From an uncultured Erysipelotrichaceae bacterium (lineage in GTDB: Bacteria; Bacillota_I; Bacilli_A; RFN20; CAG-826), in NCBI GenBank assembly GCA_900317165.1, contig ONFU01000009.1, forward strand, positions 1 through 63,887: a stretch of 63,887 nt of DNA, read 5' to 3'. The stretch's first letter is position 1, and every line of letters begins with the position of its first letter. Shown piece after piece: positions 37,696 to 46,497 of this stretch. A model generated the notes under the pieces. It had not been told where the DNA came from. It made no database searches and worked only from the letters and a program-made list of their open reading frames with translations. The position numbers and the translations under genes are program-made.

Positions 37696-38208
37696 ATGCG
37701 TTATCTTATCGTCTCCGATATCCATGGCTCCGTTTCGGGGGCCAATAGGACCAAAGACCTTGTGAAAAAAGAGAATCCCGACGTTTTGATAATCCTTGGG
37801 GATATACTCCATGGAGCAAGAGACGAAGACGATTTACATGTAGCGTCCATCCTCCTTTCCCTTCCCTGCGGCCTTCTTTTGGTGAAGGGGAATTGCGATT
37901 ATTCATCTGATGAAAACATTCTGAAGACCAGCCTTCCTACCTCAAGGCGCTTGGATTTTGGCTTGCATTCCGTCTATTTGATGCACCGTCCCCCATATGT
38001 CTCCTTTCCCATAAATGATTTAGTGATGCACGGACATACACACGTGAAACGATTAGAAAAAGTAGAGGGGGTTTATTATTTCAACCCCGGCTCAATATCT
38101 TTGCCTAGGGATGATGGTCCAGGATATGGCTTATTCGACGGGAAAAGAATCTCCCTTTATGACGCTTTAACATACGAATTGATTGCTTCAGAAGCGTTGA
38201 ATTATTGA
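37696..38208 (+). CDS. YfcE/MJ0936-type metallophosphoesterase
   Basis: MRYLIVSDIHGS, ILGDILHG, GNCD and HGHTH motifs. Confidence 0.85.
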   Translation: MRYLIVSDIHGSVSGANRTKDLVKKENPDVLIILGDILHGARDEDDLHVASILLSLPCGLLLVKGNCDYSSDENILKTSLPTSRRLDFGLHSVYLMHRPPYVSFPINDLVMHGHTHVKRLEKVEGVYYFNPGSISLPRDDGPGYGLFDGKRISLYDALTYELIASEALNY

Positions 38209-38244
38209 ATTTCTTCAAAGAAGAAAAAATATATTAAAAAAACC

Positions 38245-38302
38245 TTGAAATATGAATGGGTATTCATATAATAATGGCATAAATATGAATGACTGTTCAT
38301 AT
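38245..38302 (+). promoter_or_regulatory. Promoter with two ArsR/SmtB-type inverted-repeat operators
   Basis: TTGAAA (38245-38250), 16-nt spacer, TATAAT (38267-38272). IR1 is ATATGAAT-gggt-ATTCATAT (38250-38269), overlapping the promoter. IR2 is ATATGAA-tgactg-TTCATAT (38283-38302), just before the SD. Confidence 0.7.
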
Positions 38303-38314
38303 TAGGAGGCTCTT

Positions 38315-38614
38315 ATGGCAAAAATCCCGAATGAAGAAACGATCGACCGCATGGAAGAGATGCTCAATATCGCAAGCGATTCCACCAGATTGAAGATACT
38401 CTATGCCTTAATCGGAGAAGAGAAGTCGGTCTCTGAAATCGTGGAAGCCGTCGAGGCCTCCCAATCATTGGTCTCACATCAACTTCAGATCCTCCGTAAG
38501 TCGGATCTTGTGAGCTTTAGGAAAGAAGGGACTTCGGTTATCTATTCTTTGGCAGACGAACACGTCGAAGCCCTTCTTTCCGTTGTTCATGAACACGTTA
38601 AGGAAAAGATGTAG
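38315..38614 (+). CDS. ArsR/SmtB-family metalloregulator with an alpha5 (SmtB/CzrA-type) site
   Basis: HTH LKILYALIGEEKSVSEIVEAV...SLVSHQLQILR. C-terminal ADEHVEALLSVVHEHVKE fits D-x-H-x10-H-x2-E. Confidence 0.85.
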   Translation: MAKIPNEETIDRMEEMLNIASDSTRLKILYALIGEEKSVSEIVEAVEASQSLVSHQLQILRKSDLVSFRKEGTSVIYSLADEHVEALLSVVHEHVKEKM

Positions 38615-38618
38615 CTTT

Positions 38619-40535
38619 ATGAAAGACAAGGAGAAAAAAGAAAAACTGCATTTCCTAATTCTTGGAATCCGTATTGTCGTTTCCTTGACACTTGCCCTAC
38701 TTGGTTTCTTTCTTTTCAACGAAGGATCCTATGAGCTATGGGTAAACCTCATTTTCATGGTGACGGCCTATTTAATCATTTCCTATGACCTCTATATCGA
38801 GATGGTCGAGGAGATGAAGGAAGGCCATATCTTTAACGAAGCGACTTTGATGATCGTCGCCTCTCTAGGTGCGTTTTCCTTGCGTTTCTTTGGGAAGGAA
38901 CATAATGAATTCCTTGAAGCCTACCTCGTAATTCTTCTTTTCCAAGTCGGGGAGGTTTTCCAAGATCTCGCGGAAGACAAATCCCGTAAAGCCATTTTGA
39001 AGTCGATTGATTTACGTGAGGAATTAGCCTCCGTTTCAAGTGGCGAAGAAATAATAAGAAGGAAACCGGAAGAAGTGCATGTGGGCGATATCGTCATCGT
39101 TTCAACCGGCGAAAAGGTTCTTTGCGATGGCAGGGTCATAGATGGGAACGCCGAGATCGACGAATCCTCCTTAAGTGGCGAATCCGCTCTTATCGCCAAA
39201 CAAAACGGCGACCCCGTGTATTCGGGAACGCTTCTTTCTTCTGGTTCCATTAAAGTCGAGGTAACCAAAGAATATTCCGATTCGACCGTCGCCAAATTGA
39301 TGGAAGCTATCGAAGAAGGGGCAAACGGGAAATCTCGTTCGGAGAAATTCATCAGAAGGTTCTCCAAATGGTATACCCCAATCGTTATGCTTATCGCTTT
39401 GTTTGTTGCAGTCCTACCCCCTTTGTTCTTAGGGGCAAACCAAGCTCAAAACTGGTCAAAATGGATATATGTCTCGCTTAGTTTCCTCGTAGTCTCTTGC
39501 CCTTGCGCGATTGTTATCTCAGTCCCATTAGCCTATTTCTCAGGTCTTGGCCTAGCTTCCAAAAACGGGATTTTGGTTAAAGGGGCCGTCTATTTTGACG
39601 CCTTGAATTCCTTAAAGGCCGTCTATAGCGATAAGACGGGTACCATTACCGAAGGCAAACCAACCATTTCCGGCTTACGCGTTTTTGGAGTCAGCGAAGT
39701 CGAACTTGAGCAAACCCTTACCCTCATTGAATGCCGTAGCCATCATCCTCTTGCAGAATCCTTATATCGTTCTTTCAATAGGCCTAACATCGATTTCGAA
39801 TCCTATGATGAGATCCCTGGTTATGGAATCAAGGCTTCTTTTGAAGGCCATACTTATTTGGCTGGCCGTAAAAACCTTCTTGAGAAGGAAAACGTCGTTA
39901 TCAAGGGAGAAGAAAAAGGGACCGCGATTTATATCGCTAAAGACGGGGAACATATCGGAAACGCCCTCTTTGTTGATAAAGCCAAACGCCATTCCGCCCA
40001 TCTTGTTTCCTATCTCCACGAAAAAGACATAACGGTATCCTTGCTTTCTGGGGACGCCGAGGATTCCGTCAAGGATATCGCCACATCCCTCCAAATGGAT
40101 TCTTATCGTTCATCCCTTCTTCCTGAGGAGAAGATAGCGGCCTTGAAGGAAGAAAAAGCGAGAATAAACGGAACCATTGCCTATTTAGGCGATGGAATCA
40201 ATGACGCCCCAAGCCTCGCCTTTAGCGATGTTGGGGTTGCTATGGGCGGTCTAGGTTCCGATCTTTCTGTCATGAATGCCGACTGCGTCATCCTTAATGA
40301 TGATCCCCTTGCCTTTAGAAAGCTCCATAAGATTGCTAAAGCAACTAGGAATAGGGCCATCTTCAACATTGTCTTTTCCCTAACGGTTAAATTCGTAATC
40401 GTTTTCCTAGCTATCCTTTCTACCGTGATGGGCAGTTGGGAACTTCCATTATGGGTTTCCGTAGCAGGGGATTCTGGTTTGGCTTTGCTTGCGATAATCT
40501 CCTCTTTATTGCTTCAATTTAAGAAAATCGACTGA
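38619..40535 (+). CDS. P1B-type heavy-metal-translocating ATPase (Zn/Cd/Co-like), no N-terminal metal-binding domain
   Basis: SCPCAIVIS, DKTGTITEG and GDGINDAP. ATG at 38619 sits just after the regulator's stop. There is no CxxC before the first TM. Confidence 0.9.
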   Translation: MKDKEKKEKLHFLILGIRIVVSLTLALLGFFLFNEGSYELWVNLIFMVTAYLIISYDLYIEMVEEMKEGHIFNEATLMIVASLGAFSLRFFGKEHNEFLEAYLVILLFQVGEVFQDLAEDKSRKAILKSIDLREELASVSSGEEIIRRKPEEVHVGDIVIVSTGEKVLCDGRVIDGNAEIDESSLSGESALIAKQNGDPVYSGTLLSSGSIKVEVTKEYSDSTVAKLMEAIEEGANGKSRSEKFIRRFSKWYTPIVMLIALFVAVLPPLFLGANQAQNWSKWIYVSLSFLVVSCPCAIVISVPLAYFSGLGLASKNGILVKGAVYFDALNSLKAVYSDKTGTITEGKPTISGLRVFGVSEVELEQTLTLIECRSHHPLAESLYRSFNRPNIDFESYDEIPGYGIKASFEGHTYLAGRKNLLEKENVVIKGEEKGTAIYIAKDGEHIGNALFVDKAKRHSAHLVSYLHEKDITVSLLSGDAEDSVKDIATSLQMDSYRSSLLPEEKIAALKEEKARINGTIAYLGDGINDAPSLAFSDVGVAMGGLGSDLSVMNADCVILNDDPLAFRKLHKIAKATRNRAIFNIVFSLTVKFVIVFLAILSTVMGSWELPLWVSVAGDSGLALLAIISSLLLQFKKID

Positions 40536-40686
40536 TTTTTCCAAAGATTTAACCTCATTTTTCGGAAAAACCGGTCGTTTTTTCTTCAAAAATCATAAAA
40601 ATCTATCTTTTTACTAAAGATATTGCCCCAAATACATATAAAGAAGTGCTATCATTTAGGCATCTCGCCAAAAGGAGAAATAATAA

Positions 40687-41985
<1,299 letters not shown>

Positions 41986-42005
41986 GTTTCAACAATTAGC
42001 AATTA

Positions 42006-42032
42006 GGGCCGCCGACTTTGGCGGTCCTTTTT
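42006..42032 (+). terminator. Intrinsic terminator after eno
   Basis: GGGCCGCC (42006-42013) pairs with GGCGGTCC (42020-42027), followed by TTTTT. Confidence 0.8.
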
Positions 42033-42079
42033 GTGTGCGGTGTAGTCACTCGAATGATAATTTTAAAACGCTTTTTGAT

Positions 42080-42090
42080 TCTAGAAAACA
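42080..42090 (+). repeat. Left copy of the 11-bp direct repeat TCTAGAAAACA flanking the AT-rich island
   Basis: An exact copy recurs at 45267-45277. Confidence 0.7.
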
Positions 42091-42157
42091 TTGCTTACTG
42101 GTTACATAGAGTTGGGGTGAGGTTGAATTTTATTACTGGCAGGCTTTTAATATTTAT

Positions 42158-43399
42158 ATGTTAAAATTAGTTTTTGCACTTCTGAATTTATGTTTATTCT
42201 CTTATTCAAATGTTGGGCCCATTGATTTTGCTTGGGAAAGTCCTAAAGCCAATGAAGAATCTCTTAGGCAACATTATGATGAGTTTTTGAGCAGAACTTC
42301 TAATGATAATGCTTTGATGTCGCTTCCGTATGAGACGTTTGTCAATTATTATTTGAATTCCAGCGGATTAACTTTAGATGATTTTACTGCAACGCTAATC
42401 TCAGAATATTGCCACAGACAAAATAATCATGTTGAGGAATTATCAGATCATCAGATTGAGCGCTCATCCAACGATGCCTTTTATATTTTGAAAGATGGAA
42501 ATGGAGGAAACTCTATCTCTAACCCCTATTCGACTCTCTTCGATCCGATTTTTACGCCATATTATTGTTTTCAACAATTTCCATCTTATACCTCATTCGA
42601 TTTCAGTTCAGTAAAGAAAGGGGATATAATTTTAGAAACTGCAGCTCCAGATTTTGGTATGGGCCATGCCGCGATTGTCTATGACACCCACAAGTTTTAT
42701 GAAACTGAAGAAGGCATCTGTTTAACCTATATTCAAACAATTGAGGCTGTAGGTGGCGGAGTTCAATTTGGATTTTTAGATACGAATAGAATAAACCAAT
42801 TCGGAGTAATGATTCTTAGAACGCTTGCCGATGATGATGAAATAGAAGATTGTTTAGATTTTATCTATGCACAATTGGGAAAACCCTATAATTATCCTTT
42901 TGAACAAGGCCGCATAAATACAAGCATCAATTCAACCGAATGGTATTGTTCAGAACTAGTTTATGCAGGTTATTACTCAATTGGAGTTGTTTTCAATCAA
43001 ACATCGAGTGGTTGGATTAACCCATTTGATATTTTGTGGAGTTCGTACGTCTTTCCTACCTGCTTTTCCAACACTCCAGATCCTGTCCTTGTTGGCAAAT
43101 CGGGAAATACCTGGTCTTTTAAAGTTTATAATAGAACGGGAATCTCTCGCCCGCTTTATTACAATTCAAAACTATGCTTTCTAGGAGCAGGACTTACATG
43201 GAGCGGTTTATATGATGTTGTTACCATACCGAATGTCCAAAATAACCTGTTTTACTACGTTGGTGTTGATGAAAATTTGTTTGCCACGACAGCGGCCTTC
43301 TCTTTTACTGCAAACAATAAGAGAATGATTTCATGCTGCAAGTCCTTGGCAAGTCAGACTTTACATTTCGAAATGAAAAAGGCCGTGATTAATGTTTAG
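42158..43399 (+). CDS. Secreted/anchored protein with a permuted papain-like (NlpC/P60 superfamily, YiiX/YaeF C92-type) domain
   Basis: N-terminal hydrophobic MLKLVFALLNLCLFSYS. His-before-Cys order: GDIILETAAPDFGMGHAAIVYD...IEAVGGG...AQLGKPYNYPF...WYCSELVYAGY. Confidence 0.65.
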   Translation: MLKLVFALLNLCLFSYSNVGPIDFAWESPKANEESLRQHYDEFLSRTSNDNALMSLPYETFVNYYLNSSGLTLDDFTATLISEYCHRQNNHVEELSDHQIERSSNDAFYILKDGNGGNSISNPYSTLFDPIFTPYYCFQQFPSYTSFDFSSVKKGDIILETAAPDFGMGHAAIVYDTHKFYETEEGICLTYIQTIEAVGGGVQFGFLDTNRINQFGVMILRTLADDDEIEDCLDFIYAQLGKPYNYPFEQGRINTSINSTEWYCSELVYAGYYSIGVVFNQTSSGWINPFDILWSSYVFPTCFSNTPDPVLVGKSGNTWSFKVYNRTGISRPLYYNSKLCFLGAGLTWSGLYDVVTIPNVQNNLFYYVGVDENLFATTAAFSFTANNKRMISCCKSLASQTLHFEMKKAVINV

Positions 43400-43874
43400 T
43401 TTGCATCATATCTTTTTAAAAAATCAAGGAGGGCTTTTATTTGACAATTTATCGTTATCTTTTGAAGACATCGGTTTGGTATTCTTAATTGGTGAATGCA
43501 CTGTTAATGAATCAGTTTTTAGTTTTTTCTTTAGACCAAAAGAATACACGGGCAAAATTGTTTTTAATGGAAGAACTGTAAAAAAGGACTCTCCAGGATC
43601 GGTGTATAATTATAAAAGCGCAGTTGCTTTTCAAAAAACTGGTTCTTTAAATAAAGAACGCATTTCTTTGAGCCGTATTGCAATAATTTTAGATGATTCT
43701 GCTGACGTTTTTTCCGAGTTGGCCTATCTAAAAAGCGAATCTTTAAAGAGACTGGTTATTGTTGTTTCGAATAACAAAGAATTGGCAGAGAGTGTTGCAG
43801 ACAAAGCATATTATTATAAAGGACACAACTATGAACAGTTTATTGGTCAAAAAAAGTGTTTCTCCCGACTTTGA
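43392..43874 (+). CDS. Truncated, catalytically degenerate ABC nucleotide-binding-domain relic
   Basis: 160 aa. The ABC N-terminal strand pattern is LHHIFLKNQGGLLFDNLSLSFEDIGLVFLIG, then GECTVNES replaces Walker A. IAIILDDS is Walker-B-like and VIVVSNN replaces the H-loop. ATG overlaps the upstream stop. Confidence 0.55.
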   Translation: MFSLHHIFLKNQGGLLFDNLSLSFEDIGLVFLIGECTVNESVFSFFFRPKEYTGKIVFNGRTVKKDSPGSVYNYKSAVAFQKTGSLNKERISLSRIAIILDDSADVFSELAYLKSESLKRLVIVVSNNKELAESVADKAYYYKGHNYEQFIGQKKCFSRL

Positions 43875-45216
43875 AAAACAAAAGCGGCAGAAGAATATAT
43901 TTCACTTTAGAAATCTATTCAAATCCAAGGTTTCGATTGTTCTCTTGCTGATATCGCTGTTTTTTCTCTCATTCGCTACAGGGATAAACTATTCTGATAA
44001 TAGACAATCTTACCTATGCGATGCTTTTTTCTACCATAACCAAGAAATCGTTTGGACGAACACCAAACGAGAGGCTGGAATCATTATGGGTGTTTTTCAT
44101 CCCGGAACTATGTCTTTGCCTTGTATAAACAGGTTTATTACTGGTCTTGGAACCAAGAGCGAAACCACCGTCGGCTTTAGCGATGAACAATTGAAAATGA
44201 TTTGCGAGAACGCAAACGCGCTTCCCGCCGAGAGAAACTCTTTTGATTTAACTGAGGTTCTTGATTCTCCTTTGGCAAAGGATTTAAAGAAAGCTGGCAA
44301 ATACGGTGAATTCAATCTTGTAATCAACGAAAACACAAAAGGGGCTTCGGCTTTTATATCGATAAGCAACGAAGGCCAAGGCGGAAGACTTCCTAAATCA
44401 TCTGAAGAAATAGCGATATCTGACGCAAATGCGGCTTTGTTGGTGGCTAATGGATATAAGAATGATTTGGGAGAAACAATTAAGCCATCCACCGTTTCCG
44501 AACTCATCGGAATAGATTTGCTTGGAAGAAAAATCGTTGGCATATTCAAAACGCAGTTCCTCGGCTCTTCTTTTGAAAACGCATCAATGTCCTTAACGGA
44601 TTTGAATTCAGAAGGACGACTTGAGCAATATAAAGATTTCGTTCAAGCCAACAAAAAGATAGCCTCGTTTGTTGTTTTTAAAGAGAACGCTGCAACCTCT
44701 TCCTTCTTCCTAAAAACAAGAGGGAATCTCTTTGGGGATTTGATGTTTTTACTTGTTTTAGGAAGCGATGCCCCGTTTCACGATAAAACGCTTTATGGCC
44801 CAGCGATTACTATGTCATGGCCAATTTCCATCGCCATCTTTTATACTTTAGCCTTGTTATTTGCTATTCTCTCAATCGTTATTGGTCACGTTTCTTTTTC
44901 CAAGTCATTGTCTAAGGAAGAGATATCCATTTATATCGAAAATCGGCCCCAAAAACGTAAGATTTTTGGATGGGTTTATTCCAAAATGATTGCGGTACAT
45001 TTGCTTTTTGGAGGCGCGGCCATCCTCGCGAGCCAAATATCGTTTGCGATAATCAATTCCATTGCGGGAGAATTCCTTTTTTCGCATTTTGCAATTAGCG
45101 CTGCCATCGTTTTGGCCTTAATCGCTTTGGTTGATCTTCTTGTTGCGGCTTCAAAAACAAAACAGATTTTAAGAAAGCTCAGTGGAATTACCGATAATAA
45201 TGCCGAAAAACAATAA
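43831..45216 (+). CDS. FtsX/MacB-type ABC permease-like membrane protein
   Basis: N-terminal TM (VSIVLLLISLFFLSFATG), an extracytoplasmic domain of about 300 aa, and three C-terminal TMs. ATG at 43831 is preferred to the track start at 43759. Confidence 0.6.
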   Translation: MNSLLVKKSVSPDFEKQKRQKNIFHFRNLFKSKVSIVLLLISLFFLSFATGINYSDNRQSYLCDAFFYHNQEIVWTNTKREAGIIMGVFHPGTMSLPCINRFITGLGTKSETTVGFSDEQLKMICENANALPAERNSFDLTEVLDSPLAKDLKKAGKYGEFNLVINENTKGASAFISISNEGQGGRLPKSSEEIAISDANAALLVANGYKNDLGETIKPSTVSELIGIDLLGRKIVGIFKTQFLGSSFENASMSLTDLNSEGRLEQYKDFVQANKKIASFVVFKENAATSSFFLKTRGNLFGDLMFLLVLGSDAPFHDKTLYGPAITMSWPISIAIFYTLALLFAILSIVIGHVSFSKSLSKEEISIYIENRPQKRKIFGWVYSKMIAVHLLFGGAAILASQISFAIINSIAGEFLFSHFAISAAIVLALIALVDLLVAASKTKQILRKLSGITDNNAEKQ

Positions 45217-45258
45217 GCTTTAGCAAACCGTTCTTGCCTCGTATCCAACGGCCTAACC

Positions 45259-45267
45259 TGTTATAAT
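45259..45267 (+). promoter_or_regulatory. Extended -10 promoter (TGTTATAAT) upstream of preT
   Basis: TG at 45259-45260, TATAAT at 45262-45267. Abuts the right copy of the direct repeat. Confidence 0.5.
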
Positions 45268-45277
45268 CTAGAAAACA
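45267..45277 (+). repeat. Right copy of the 11-bp direct repeat TCTAGAAAACA
   Basis: Exact match to 42080-42090. Confidence 0.7.
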
Positions 45278-45291
45278 ACGAAAGGTTTTCT

Positions 45292-46497
45292 ATGAGCAAG
45301 ACACATTTTTCAGAAGAGAGTGTGGGATTTAGCCCAACCTTGGCAATGGAGGAGGCTGCACGTTGTCTCCTTTGCCATGACGCCCCGTGCAGCAAGGCTT
45401 GCCCCGCCATGACCGACCCAGCGAAATTTATTCGCTCGATCCGTTTTAAAAACACAAAAGGAGCAGCCCGTACCATTAGGATTAATAATCCGCTCGGCGG
45501 TATCTGCGCCCGTGTTTGCCCAACGGAGAAATACTGCCAATTAGGCTGTTCCCGTTCAGGCATCGACCGTCCAATCGAAATCGCCAAATTGCAACGTTTT
45601 GCAACTGATGTCGAAGCCTGCTTAGGCATGGAATTCCAAGAAAGAAAAGAAAATAACGGCAAGTGTGTAGCGATTATTGGTTCAGGCCCAGCCGGTTTAA
45701 CCGCCGCGGCTATGTTAGCTAGAGAAGGAACCGCCGTCGATTTATATGAAAGAAAACCAAAACTCGGCGGATATCTCCGTTATGGTATTCCTTCCTATCG
45801 TTTAAGTGAGGATGTCCTTGATAAAGAAATCGGCCATATCCTTAAATTGGGAGTTAACCCTATCGTTAACAACAAAGTTAAGTCGATAAAAGAATTAGAA
45901 GCCAAATACGATGCCGTGATTGTGGCAATTGGCTATTCCGCAGGCAAAATGCTTCCATTATTCGAAGGCAACAAGAGAGCCATGACCGCGGTAGTTTTCT
46001 TAGCTAAAGCCAAAAGGAAAGGATATCGCGTCAAGGATAACGTTCTTGTTATCGGCGGAGGAGACGTTGCAATGGATGCAGCGACTACCTCCAAAAAACT
46101 TGGTGCCAAACAAGTCACCGTCATCGCTTATGAAACTAACGAGGAATTTAGGGCAAGCCGCGATGAATTGGCTTTGACCCGCGAAATGAAGGCCTCGATA
46201 TATGATGGCTTCGTTCCAACGAAGGTGCTTCGTGGGGGAACAGTCATTTTCGAACATCGTTATGTGCCGACATCCATCAAGATCAAGGCTGATCAAATCA
46301 TTCTTGCGGTCGGCCAAGAAATAGATCATGGGTCCCTTGAACTTGAAAAAGGCAAGGCTGAATTCATCCATCAAAAAGGAAGCAAAGTCTATTATGCCGG
46401 GGACATTGCTCCGTTAGATAAAACGGTTGTCTACGCCGTTAGGAAAGGCAAAGACGTCGCTAATGAAGTCCTAAAGGATTTGGAGGCAAAAAGATGA
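45292..46497 (+). CDS. preT: NAD-dependent dihydropyrimidine dehydrogenase subunit PreT (GltD-like)
   Basis: N-terminal Fe-S cysteines ([25 protein letters not shown]), [12 protein letters not shown], and a second Rossmann motif [10 protein letters not shown]. Confidence 0.8.
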   Translation: MSKTHFSEESVGFSPTLAMEEAARCLLCHDAPCSKACPAMTDPAKFIRSIRFKNTKGAARTIRINNPLGGICARVCPTEKYCQLGCSRSGIDRPIEIAKLQRFATDVEACLGMEFQERKENNGKCVAIIGSGPAGLTAAAMLAREGTAVDLYERKPKLGGYLRYGIPSYRLSEDVLDKEIGHILKLGVNPIVNNKVKSIKELEAKYDAVIVAIGYSAGKMLPLFEGNKRAMTAVVFLAKAKRKGYRVKDNVLVIGGGDVAMDAATTSKKLGAKQVTVIAYETNEEFRASRDELALTREMKASIYDGFVPTKVLRGGTVIFEHRYVPTSIKIKADQIILAVGQEIDHGSLELEKGKAEFIHQKGSKVYYAGDIAPLDKTVVYAVRKGKDVANEVLKDLEAKR

